A stretch of DNA of 64,000 nucleotides from Guillardia theta CCMP2712 (GCF_000315625.1 NW_005434658.1:711139-775138); one strand, 5' to 3'. Numbered from the stretch's first letter, positions 12,437-23,912 are shown. Notes: generated by a model not told the origin, from the sequence alone. Program-made: numbers and translations.

Positions 12437-12954
12437 GCCAGGAATCCACCCTGGGAAGAAGGAGAAGAGGAGGAAGAGGAGACTGAGAGAGAGCAGGAGA
12501 GTGCAGGGGAGAGGACAGAGAGCAGGAGGAGAGAGGGGAAAGGAGGGCGGATGCTCGCATATCATAGTGGAGACCGTTGGTAGCTTCACCTGTCGTTGCT
12601 TACACGTCTATCTCCTGCTGTTGCCCGACTTCTGCTCCTTGACTCCTGCAAGACTGGAGTCGCTCCTGATGCTCAACCTGACGCCGCACATCCTCCGGCA
12701 AAACAAGAGAACAGCATCCTCCTCGTACCCTCCTCCGATAGTCCTCACACTGCAGCACCTTGTGGAGACATTTGGAGAAGGGGAAGGGGAGGAGGAGGAG
12801 AGGGGAGACGGGACAGGAGCAGAGCGAGACATGTGAAAGGAGGAGAAGAGAGAAAAAGCTAGCAGAGTGGAGGAAGAGGACGAGAAGCGTCGTCACCTTT
12901 TGCGAGTCCACGAGGATCACCTCCACAGTTTTGCTCGAGTTTGCCGGATTTGTG

Positions 12955-13165
12955 ATTTTAGGGGGTAGGGGTAGTAAGGATGTGGGTATATGACCCTACC
13001 ACATTTTCATTTTGGCTACAAACAGGGGGTATGTTATACCACCCCTTCATTTTGACCAGGACCTACAGGGGGTATGACTGGTTAGTTGGACGGGTTCATA
13101 AGTCACATAGTCAGTCAAGAGAAAATACGTGGTAGGGGTACAATCTCATAGTAGGTAGGGGTAAG
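12955..13165. repeat. GGGGTA-rich intergenic tract
   Basis: Repeated GGGGTAGGGGTA/GGGGGTAT, including a local duplication of TTCATTTTG..CAGGGGGTATG. Confidence 0.6.
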
Positions 13166-13220
13166 AGTTTGTGTGCACCAGGAAGGCCAGGGCGCGCACC
13201 CATCGACGAGCACCAGCATC

Positions 13221-14087
13221 ATGCAGCGCGCGCAGTTCGACGAGGAGCTTGACCTCGGCCCATCCCTTCATGATGCCGGAACAGGAGCAGAGCTGCCCTC
13301 CTCGTCCTCCCCTCTGGAGTCTCTCCTCAACATCGATGACGCTCTTAACGATGCTAGGTTTGATGAGATCGCCGTCGATGACTTGCACAACGACGATTCC
13401 ATCTTCAGATTTCTCAACGACTACACACAGGAGGAGGAGCAGACTGTGATCAGACAAGTCAAAATTGACGAATACAGGTTGGTGCTTGACATGGGAGAGA
13501 AGCGTCTAGAACATCGCTTTGTCGAGAAGGCCTCTGCACAGGGTGGGCGTGTGAAGTTGGAGAGGATCGACTACTCTGGAGCCAGCAAGCAACAAGCGAT
13601 TGAGGAGAGGAGGATGGTGTACGCGTACGAGAACAGCTACTGGCAGCTGTGTGAGGTCGAGGTCGTGATCGAGCCCTCAGTGCCAGGGCAGCGACCCGGC
13701 ACCAAGGACATCCATGAGAGCTTCAACAAGATCGCACGCGCCGTCAAGACTGAGGTGCAGCAGTGCGGGAAGGAGAAGAGAGCGCACGACATGAGCCGGT
13801 CGGACTACAGCAACGACGTGTCGAACATGACGCTGCAGGGCGGGCTGATGACCAAGGTCACCAAGGGCAAAGGGGACAACCTTGTCAACGATTTCAAAGC
13901 GTCCTTGTTCTTGGACAGGCACGACGGTCAGTACAAGGTGTTGCTTGTGCACTGCAAGGAGGCAGTGGAAAAGTACGATGCTATCAAAGAGAAGGCGAAA
14001 GCTCGTTCGCGGAAGAGGAGGGGGACTACCGGAAGCGAGCAGGAGGAGGGGCTGGGATCAGCGAAGCGCGCTCGTGCTGAGCCTTGA
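13221..14087 (+). CDS. Intronless hypothetical protein with acidic N-terminus and C-terminal bipartite NLS-like segment
   Basis: Uninterrupted ORF with gene-like codon usage and first ATG at 13221. Ends RSRKRR...SAKRARAEP. No family recognised. Confidence 0.7.
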   Translation: MQRAQFDEELDLGPSLHDAGTGAELPSSSSPLESLLNIDDALNDARFDEIAVDDLHNDDSIFRFLNDYTQEEEQTVIRQVKIDEYRLVLDMGEKRLEHRFVEKASAQGGRVKLERIDYSGASKQQAIEERRMVYAYENSYWQLCEVEVVIEPSVPGQRPGTKDIHESFNKIARAVKTEVQQCGKEKRAHDMSRSDYSNDVSNMTLQGGLMTKVTKGKGDNLVNDFKASLFLDRHDGQYKVLLVHCKEAVEKYDAIKEKAKARSRKRRGTTGSEQEEGLGSAKRARAEP

Positions 14088-14389
14088 GTCACCGGGATGC
14101 AGTCCAACGAGGACAGAGAAGACACACCGGAGCAAGGAGATGCAGCGAATGATTGTTTGAGTCAGACTTGATTTGTTTTGGTTCTTTTGTGATCAAGTAT
14201 CCTACCACTGATAATGTTTGCATTCAGTGAAAGAAAGTGAATTGAATGCACTTTGGACAACATCAAAGGCTTGAGACTCGAAAGATGAATCGTGAGAGCT
14301 GTGGTTGTGGCACCTTGATCTTTCAACAGAACATCGTGATGATAAGTATAGTGATGGTGATGACCCGGTGAACTTCGTAAAGTAATCCT

Positions 14390-14830
14390 GATCGGATCCG
14401 ATCATCGGGGCACTGCAGTGACTTGTGAAAGTTCAACGGTTAGCCGCTGAGCTGCATTGACGAGTGTTTCATGACGGAGAGTCCGAGGTCTCGACGAGTC
14501 GTGTGGGAGTGCTGACGCTCCCAGCCTGCCTCTGCCATCTGAGACTATTCATGACGAACAGTCTGAGTAGTACTGTCCGGGCCGCCGGACCGTGGGTGGC
14601 GGCCCCGGCCAGTCGGTGGGCAACTTGAGATAATCCTCAGGGGCCTTCAAAGTTAGTTACTAAGAATGTGCCCCCCCCCCCCCCCCTCCCCCAACCCCCT
14701 GGCTCCGAGCCGCGTACTCAGTGACTCCGGGCTCAGTAGCCGCTAGTCGGACCGGCTACTAGCGGCCGGCGGCCGGGCCCGGTCTCCGAGACCGTACGGT
14801 TCAACGGTTGCCTGAAGTTCGGCATTACCT
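14390..14830. promoter_or_regulatory. Intergenic CCGG/GGCC-rich island 2
   Basis: CGGATCCGATCATCGG, ACTCAGTGACT at 14716, GCGGCCGGCGGCCGGGCCCGG, CCGTACGG. Confidence 0.5.
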
Positions 14831-14901
14831 GAGGCAGGCCTGCAAAGTCGGCAATCTCGGGGAGATGAGGCCGTAGGAGCATGAGAAACTTGACGGGGTG
14901 G

Positions 14902-15077
<176 letters not shown>

Positions 15078-15140
15078 TGTGTCTTGACATACCCTCACTC
15101 CATCCGAACTGAAGGCTGCAGCTTGTCTGAGTTGGTTGAG

Positions 15141-16092
15141 ATGTCAGCGAGCCATGTGAAGCAGGAGGGCACGCGAGGTAGCACGCACGATGAAGATCTC
15201 GTTCCGAACGTGGAAGGAGGAGGAGGGGGAGCAACGGGCAGATCGCACTTAGCGGCGGAGAAGGAAGCGAGAAAGAGAACTGGGCAGGCGAAGAAGAAAC
15301 GGTACGATCTCCCTATTCGCCTCATCAAACAACTCTTGTCGGATCCTGCACTGCATGTTCCAGCTCCATCCAAGGTTCGCCGCTCTCGGCAGGCTGTCCT
15401 CCTCCTTATCTGCGTGAGACAGGAGGGATATCGTAACAAGGCTCTGTACGGACTTGACACCTGCGAGACAAGGTGAGGGCTCGATCGTTGCTGAGTTCGG
15501 TGATCGGCCGTCCTGGCAGTATCCTGGTCAATCCTACGGTCAACGGAGCGTGTAAGGTTGTGTTTGAGTTTGTATGTTCGCGCTCCAAGCTCAAGAGAAG
15601 CTTCTGGCTGGACGTCTCCTGCAAGGTGAGCGCAGTGCCTTGCGCTCGGACTTGATGAAGGTCTCGCAGATCACGATAGGGGGCGACATCATGATGAAGG
15701 TTGCAGTGGACGAGGAGGCAGGACGGGAGGAGGAGCCCAAGTTCGATGAGGTAGGAGCATGTAAACCCTTGTGGCCTTCTCGCTCATGCCATGTCGAGGT
15801 GTGGAGGGAAGAAAAGAGCTCGCTGATCGACCTCCTCCTCCTCTTCTCCCCTGCCTTCAAGTGCATCGCCGTCCACAGGAGCAGGCGACGGGGAGTCAAG
15901 CCCACCAAGGAGGAGGAGCATGAGATTATCTATGGTGATCCGTACGTGATGGAGAAGACGCCCAACGGCATATCGTTTGCGCTCTCGCCCGATACGTTCT
16001 GTGAGGTCAACCACTACATGGAAAGGCACGTCTTTCACTTCATCAACCACTCCTGCCAGGAAGCTTGCGCAGCCCTTGTAAGTTTGCCGCCG

Positions 16093-16124
<32 letters not shown>

Positions 16125-18277
16125 ACTGGAGCTTGAGCTGCTGGTGCTGTAGTTGCTGCTGGTGCAGCTACTTTTCCTGTCTTCTCTTTGCTTTTTCCAT
16201 TCTGCCATTGTGCTGCACGTGTCCTGACGTCTCCCGTTGCTCGCAGAAGGCCAAGGACGGAGGTAGCAGACCTCTGCTGCTCACCATGGGGAGAAACATC
16301 AACTCGCTCTCTCTCGGCCTCATGTCAGCCGGCGGGTTTGCTCGGGTTGTTTCTATCACGCACTGCCCACTGGCTCACAGAGACCTGGAAATCAACCTGA
16401 AGGAGATCCCCGGCTTGATCTCGGGAGACGACAACCTCCTCGTCCGGCAGAAGAACAAGATCGGAGAAGCGATCATGCAGGTGCGAGGCCCCCGGATCGA
16501 TGGAGGGGAAGGAGGAAAGAGATGTGGGAGCTGGGGGGACGGAAGGGAGTGGGAGAATTGGGGGAAGAGAGCGAGCGTGAAGGAGGGAGGGAGGAAGAGG
16601 GTGGAACAGGGAGGGAGGGGACAGAGGGGAGGGGTTGGGAGAAAGAGAGTTGGAGAGGAAGAGGAAGTGTTCCGTTGCCTGTTTGCCTGTTTGCTCTTTC
16701 TGTGATTTTGCTCGAACAGCTTCCGGACGATTGTCCGATCGTTGTGGCAGTGACTGCGGGACGAGGAGGCTTGCATGCAAACACGATCGTTGCACTGAAG
16801 AAGAAGAAGAATGTCTGCACTGTCGTGTATGACGCCTGTAACAACCCAACACTGGTGAGCAAGCCGATGATGTGATTGGAGTCTGTGTTGCTGTCTTACT
16901 GTCTTGTTCTCACCTCCATCTCTTTACCAGACAAGAGATCTCTGCGATCTTGTGGACGACTTTGACTACTGTATTGCCAACTTTCGATCTTTCGACTTCT
17001 TCCCGCAAACAGAATTTATGGCGTCTGTAGCCAAGTTGGACCGAGCAAGGTGGGAAAAGGGGAAGGGAAGAGAAGGGAAGGGGAGGGAAGGGGAGGGAAG
17101 GGGAGGGGAGGGGAGGGGAGGGGAGGGATGGGAAGTAACTCGCAAGAGCAGGAAGACTCTCATCTTGCCCATCGGGCCCTCAGGCATCGGCAAATCGAGT
17201 CTGGCAAGAAAATGCTTGGGCAGCTTCCCCGTGCAGACTATGAGACACATCGAGCGAGATGCTCTGTTTGCGCAAGAGAGAGCACGGTGATTTTCTCTTC
17301 CTCCTTATATCATGTCTCTCCTCTCCTCCTCATTCCCTCTCCATCCTGTTTCCTGTCTCTCCTCCCCCCTCTCCTCCTCCATCCCTCCTGTTTCTCTCCT
17401 CTCCTCTCCTCCTCTCTCCCTCTCCCTCCTGTTTCCTCTCTCTCAACTGTCCTTTTTCTCTCCTCTCCCCCCTTAGATCACATCTGATGCGTTTTGATAC
17501 CAGTGAGACGGAAAGTGCACTAGCAAAGAAAGATCATCTGCTGAGCATCTCTGCTATCTCCTCGCCCATTCCTCCATCCCTTCTCTTCACACTCACTCAG
17601 CATCTCCATCTCGATTTTCTCCCTCCCTCCATCTAGTCTCACTCTCTCATTCAGTCCGGATGCCACGCTGGCAAAGGCGAAGCAAGCGACGCACGAGGCG
17701 ATGCTGGCGCAGCTGAGAGAGGAGACGCGCCTCCTTCTCCTCGACAGCACCAACGGAGACCCGCAGGCTCGCAGGCTCTACGTCCTCACGTCGGGGGCCG
17801 AGCGAGTCGTCGCCGTCAACATGCAGATGCGGCATGAAGGAAGAGCTTCCTTTCTGCTTGCCGAGGATGACGAGGACGTGCAGGAGGAGAGGTCCCTTCC
17901 AGCCTGATGGAGGCGACGATGAGAAGGACAAAGGTGGAGTTGGAGGTAAGACAGGGAAGAGGGGGAGGGAGGCTGACCGGTGGGCAGGAGGGCAGGCATC
18001 CGTCGTTCCCGCTGGAGGAGGAGAAACAGAGGGCCAAGCACGCAAAGATACTCGAGGGGCTGCAGTACGCGGAGGCGTCGGAGATTGAGGAGGTGAGAGT
18101 GAGAGGTGACGGGGGGAGGAGATCACAAGCGCGTTCAGGTTCCTATCGCAATCGTCGACGTCGAGCAAGAGGCGAGTGAGGAGGAGAAGAATGAGCTCGT
18201 GCTAATGTGGGGTGGGGCAGGAGGACGCAGAGGAAGTGACCTTCGCCGTCTTCCTGAAAGTTTTCTCCTTCCTGTGA
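15141..18277 (+). CDS. TrmA/RlmD-family RNA (uracil-5)-methyltransferase-like domain fused to a P-loop (AAA_33/polynucleotide kinase-like) domain
   Basis: GYRNK, FALSPDTFCEVN, VVYDACNNPTL|TRDL, FDFFPQT, then LILPIGPSGIGKSSLAR, IERD, LLLDSTN..QAR and GRHPSF. Exons are joined by GT/GC-AG introns. Start and last exons are approximate. Confidence 0.8.
17477..17624 (+). repeat. 148-bp dispersed intronic element, copy 1
   Basis: 144/148 identical to 31754-31901. Lies inside intron 17287-17654. Confidence 0.95.
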
Positions 18278-18329
18278 GGACCAAAGGACCAGTCTCATCA
18301 TGTCGTTTCTATCATCACCCTTCTCAAGA

Positions 18330-20825
18330 TTATACGTAAACCCACGACCCGTCCACCCTCCTCTCCTTGAAGAGACAGACACCCCACCTGTACATCTCGT
18401 CAACAAGTGTTCTCGTCCTTCCCACCCTCCCTCCCTCCCCCGTCTCCCTCCCACCTCCTCCTTCCCTCCCTTATATGGTTCTGCTTCCTCTGCTTCGACC
18501 CATTTTCTGCTTCTTCCATCCCCAACCACGCCACCACCACCACCGATGTTACTTCCTCCTCTCTTTCCTCCCCCCTCCTCCTCTCCAACCTTGACTTGTC
18601 GTTAGCTGTGTAGCACCATGGCCTTGCCGAATAATCCGTCGTGCAGGCAGTCTTGCATGTGTCTCCAGGTAACGACGTCCCTCCTACTTCAACATCATCC
18701 TCCCATCATCGGGCGCGCCTGTCACGCACCTGCCACCTCCACCTTGCATGACGCAAACGTCGTCTGCTCCCTGTCGGTGAAGCACCACAGGTTGCCGGGC
18801 ACGTGCGTCCCGTTGGGCGTCGGGCCGTCGACACAACTGCGTCAAGTTTGAGCGAGGAGTGAGGAGAGTCCAACGGACGGCAACCTTCCGTAAATCTTGC
18901 CCTCGTACAGGAAGGGAAAGCTGCAGGATGTCGCGTTGTCGTCCTCCTCGCCTTCCTCCACCTGTTCACAGCCCCGTCAGACATGGCAGGAGTCAGCCTC
19001 CTCCCCCTCCTCACCTCAATGTACTGTTCGCAGTTTCCCCATCTCGTCTGCTCCTTGTCGGCATAGCACCATGGAGCATCTCGGCCCTGTCACCCATCAG
19101 CCCCCCCGCCATGCCCCTACGACTTCCCAGCTCCTCTCACCTGAGTTGTGCACCTCGTGAAGATCTGATCGTTGAAGTAGAAGGGAAAGTGGCAGTATCG
19201 ATCCGTGGGCAGAGTCGACCCGCCAAACACCCTGATCTCCCCCAGAGGCAAAGCCATCACTCCCTACCCCAAAATCGTCACTTGCATCGGCTCAACTTCT
19301 CGTCCCTCCTCTACCTCTTTCCCAGGCAAGCCCTTGTGACCGTCTCGTCCAGGTCTGCCCCTGTACCCCACCTGCCTCATGGGTCAGCAAGGGACCTTTG
19401 CCTCCCTCCCCTTCAACTCACCTCTCCTCGCGCTCCGATGTTGCCCAGCGGTCCGGGGGAACCAGGATACCCGCGTGGACCAGGAGGCCCTGAGATCCCG
19501 GGAGCACCATAGGCTGGAGCCGGTTTACCGGGAGGCCCTTGGAAGCCTGCACTGGCGTCATCCTCCTTTACCAACCTGCCCGTCCTGACACACCGTCTGG
19601 CCCAGGTCGTCCAGGTTTTCCCTCTCGTCCTGGCATTCCTGGAGTTCCGTCCTTGCCGTTGTATCCGGGAGTTCCATCCCTATAAGCAGCTCTCAGCCTC
19701 CCCTCCTCACTCCTCCTCCTCTGTCAACCTGCCCATGGCGCCGATGGGACCTGGCATCCCATCCTGGCCATCTCGCCCTGCCGCCCCCTGCCTCCCTGGC
19801 AGCCCTGGAGGTCCTGGAGGGCCAGTCTCTCCCTGGCACAACAGGACGTGAGCGCTCACTGAGATCATCGGCCTCATCCCAGCTCACCTTGGCACCCGGA
19901 GGCCCCTTAGGCCCTGGCTCGTAGCTCGGGATCCCATCTACTCCATCCAACCCGGGGCTTCCTGGAACTCCCGGCGGACCCTCTGCTTTCACCGCGTCAG
20001 CCCTCCGTGCAAAGAGCAAGTGCGGGGACAGGACCTGGGCCAGCAACCTTGGAAGGGATCCCTGGCTTGCCGTCTATCCCTGGAGCTCCTGGCTCTCCTA
20101 CTCCTAGATCAGCAGGCGACCAGGCAAGCATCGAAACAGACTTACCTGGCGGACCCTCCGGGCCAACTGGTCCTGACTCGCCGGGGTACCCAGGAGGGCC
20201 GATGAAGCCAGGAGAACCTCTCGGCTTCTTGGCCTCAGAAACCTGCAAGGACAAGGAACCGTCAGGTCTACTCCACGTCCTGACTCAGCTTTACCTCGTC
20301 TTCCAGGTGATATTGCCTCTTTGCTGCTCGGTTGATCAGAACCTGGAGCTCGCCGAGTAGGCGATAGATCCTTTGGGAGTAGCTCAGAACTTCCTCTCCA
20401 CGAGGGTTTGGTCCAGGGCATTCGGGACCACCAGGCCCTCCACAGTGCGGCCCTGGCGCTGGAGGAGGAGGTGGTGGTGGCAAAGGTGCCCCCACAGGTC
20501 CGTTATGGATTGAGTCGATGATGGACTGCAGACGATTCATCTTGTTTTGCATGAAGTTGTACTCTCTAACATCCTGATCCCCCTCTGAGTACGCAAACTG
20601 TCTGCCCATCCCGTGGTCGATCATGTCGTTCGGCACATCGTTTACATGCGGCACCGTGTAATCGTTGAGCAACTCCTCCACCGCATGTGCGCTTCCATCT
20701 TCTCTTCTCCCAGAGGACCGGAGGAACAAAATGGCACATGACACGGAGGCAAGCAAGACAAGCATCAAGGCTGCTGTTCTCTTCCTCCCTCCCATCCTCC
20801 TTCCCCTGCCCCCGCCTGCCTCCAT
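18330..20825 (-). CDS. Signal-anchored collagen-like (Gly-X-Y) protein with three C-terminal fibronectin type II-like modules
   Basis: N-terminal RKR plus hydrophobic anchor, short coiled coils, poly-Pro, interrupted GPP/GEP/GKP repeats over several exons, then CHFPFYFNDQIFTRCTTQGRDAPWCYADKEQTRWGNC, CSFPFLYEGKIYGSCVDG..LWCFT..C and CKTACTTDYSARPWCYTANDKSRWGVC. Stop TAA at 18330-18332. Confidence 0.88.
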
Positions 20826-20849
20826 TCCACGCCCCTTCGCAGACCGTTA

Positions 20850-21230
20850 CGTAGACTCAGAGCACGTTACATACCGGCCTGCAGCTGCCGGGCGGGATGT
20901 GGGATGACTCTGTGACCGACCGTCGGACAGTGACTGAGGCGCGGCCCGGTCACCGCCTCACCTCAGGGCCTGCCACCGTGACCGACACCGCACTGCGCGG
21001 CCGCGGCCCGGTCACCGGGCCGCCGGGCTCAGCCGTAGTTGAGAGTCCCGGGCCCGTGCGGCCGCGGCCATTGTGATGGCCCCTGCCAGGCTCGGCCCCA
21101 CGGGCCCGGGCCGGGCCGGGCCGGCCTTGCCGCTCCGCCGGAGCGGGCTGTAGTACTGATTACAATTAGTAGTGGATTCAGGCTTCGAGGCGGGCACGAT
21201 CCTCCCGGCCACTTTGACGCGTCACCGCTT
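20850..21230. promoter_or_regulatory. Intergenic CCGG/GGCC-rich island 3
   Basis: CAGTGACTGAG, GGCCCGGTCAC twice, CGGGCCCGGGCCGGGCCGGGCCGGCC, GTAGTACT. Confidence 0.5.
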
Positions 21231-21239
21231 GGAACCTCA

Positions 21240-22995
21240 TCCCCACTCACACAGGATCATCAGTACCCCCTTCTCACAGACCAAAAGTACCCTACCGATG
21301 GTCATTCCATCACTACCCCTTGGCTATACACCCCAATCACTTGGTACATACACACCCTACCTCCTCGTACACCCCTGCCTCTTGCGTCCATTCCTGCCAA
21401 CCCTTCGGGACACCAGGGGTCATCTGTACCCCACCTTCGATTTCTCCTTGACTACCCCAAGTCAGAGCACATGTCGTGGGGTAGGTACCCTCGCATCCAG
21501 GTTTCAAGAAAAAGTCCGAAAATAACTCAGCCCACCCCTTGGCAGACCCTATGGTCCCCCACCCCAATCCACCAAAAAAAAATTGGACCCCTACCCACAC
21601 AATTCGCTCGATCAGCTTCTCCACCCCTACGCGTCTAAAAGGTCTCTTTACTGGAGGCCGAGCAGGCCAGCACGTTTCTCTTTGGAGAGATTTCGCTCAT
21701 TCCAAAACCAGTTTCTCAAAAGTTGATGCAGAAATTGAAAATGTTTCCTCTCACACCCCCTCTTTCAAGTTCAAAAACACCCCCAATCTTTGGAATTTCA
21801 TTTCCCACTTTCTCTCAATGCCCCTTTTCTTCCCTCGATAACAAAAAAATCACACGAAAATTTCCACCACCCCCACCCCCACTACCCTGCCCTTCATTGA
21901 CACCCCGAGGTGTCGATCATAGCCACCCCTGGTCACTAACGTATACTACCCCTACCCGGAAGAAAACTTAGACCAGTCCCACCCCCACCCATTCTTCGGA
22001 GGGTCATCGGGGATACCATTGCGTTCCGTTCGCCTCCGGAAATAGAAAATATTTCAGGGCAAGGGAGACTTTCATTCCTTTGCAACTTGGCGCCCTCTCC
22101 ACCATCTATGAAACAGGTACCACCCCATGGCAGACGACCTTGAACAACATGCACCTACCCCTACTTCCGATTGAGAATAATTTCTAATTGGCACATAAAT
22201 GTTGAATCAGACATACCAGTCCCTGTCACCAACCATTCCACCAGGTACCGTTCCGGTCAATACCCATCGGCAGAGTTATTAACGCCAACTTGGTTTCTTT
22301 CCGAGCACCCTACTCTCCTCCGAACATCACGCGATATGGTTGGGGTCCTGGCACCTCGAGGTCCAGGGAGAGCATACGTCTATCAAGGGTGTTGAAGGAG
22401 GGGGTCCAAAGAGAACTCATTGGTTTCAGTAGGGTAGGTTGTATTTAGTGAAGAGACAGTCGCTGAGGGGGTGGGGGTGATCCAGGGGGTGGGTGTTGAG
22501 AACACATTGGGTGGAGATGTAATAGAATTATCTCAGGGGGTAGGGGTACAGGGGTGACATAGGGGGACTGGATGGGGTCATGGGTGCTACAATAGGGGTA
22601 GGGGTGCGAAACGGGAGGAAAATGTTGGGTACTGCTATTGAAGTAGCCCGGGGTAAGGTAGGGTGGGGGCCTGAAAATGTAGAATACGGGGGTGGGGGAC
22701 TCAGACTTCAGGATTTCGGCGTGTAATACTAAAACCTATTAGATAAGTTCAAAAGTGATGGGGCAGTGCATTAGATTACAAGGGTGACTTGATGCAAAGC
22801 TGAGGGGTCCTTGCACAATTTGGAAGTGTTTTTACAAAAGTATCCAGCATTTTTGAAATTAGTAAACTAGGGGTAGGGGGTACTGAAACTAGCTAGGCCG
22901 ACTGATTTCAACTGTAGGGGTGGGAATTATGATTTCGAGGGTAGGGATGAAAAAGCTGGGGTAGGGGGTAGAGTTTTGGGGGGTAGGGGTACTGC
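21240..22995. repeat. TACCCC-rich then GGGGTA-rich tract between divergent genes
   Basis: C-rich form up to about 22320, G-rich form after it. No credible ORF. Confidence 0.7.
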
Positions 22996-23912
22996 GTTTT
23001 GCCACCGCACGCGCCCGCGGCTGCACTCCTCATGGCGTGAACGAAGTTGGATGACGATGATAGAGGACTTGATGCAGAGTTTTGTTTCATGAACAACACG
23101 TACAATGATAAGAGGATACGTTTGTCAAGCACATGGTAGGAGGCAGCATGCGATAGTGATGAGGTTGGAGATGTTTGTTCCGAACAAGCAATCAAGCTGG
23201 AGCTTCGTAAATGGGGTCAGGTCAAGATTTTGCGTGATAGTGTGGAGCAAGAGCTTGATGTCAATGGGAGTATTTGACATCCGGAACAAGGTTCGAAGGT
23301 TGCAGTGTCTACGTGCCAGGATGTATTGGTGTTGTATTGCCTGTTTTCGAGAAGAGAGATAGACACAGATTCGCAGGAGGTTCTTGTGCTTGTGCTCTGT
23401 TGTCGTTCACACATGATCTGTAATCGAATTTTGTTATGATCCAATCATGATGATTCAAGGAATGTTGTTGAGCAGAGCTTTCATCCTTAGATCTTGACAC
23501 CCTGTGACATGAAACCTGTGGGTTGCTCCCTTGTTGCCCATCGTTGAGCACAACTGTTTTGTGGATTACATTCTACTATCAGATTTGTTGCAACACACCA
23601 CTGATGTGGATTTCTTGTTACAGAAAGCGAGCCCGAATCGACCCCTAAGTCACATTCAGTTCAAACTCGAAACCAGGTGCATGATTCTTTCCCTTGATGA
23701 ACATGTTCTGATTTTTGAAAGCAGCAAATTTCTTGGCACTACTCAGCTTGACTGGTTGTTTTCCTTGATCAGAAATTCTTCATCTAACAGTTTGTAATTC
23801 CAGAGTATCTTCTTGCTTGGTGTAGGTACCGAAACTCCGGAGATCTACCCTAGCCTCCACTCGTTCCTTCGCAATCAAACTTGAATATCTGTCTAAGACC
23901 AACTTCATAACG

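Noticed and set aside
17840-17883. Possible non-canonical GA-AG intron in the kinase domain
   Set aside because: A canonical GT donor at 17878 also restores the downstream EGRHPSF frame. It cannot be decided without transcripts.
23040-23830. Short ORFs upstream of the La-related gene
   Set aside because: No recognisable coding signal. More likely a 5' UTR with an intron (acceptor-like GGTGTAG at about 23825).
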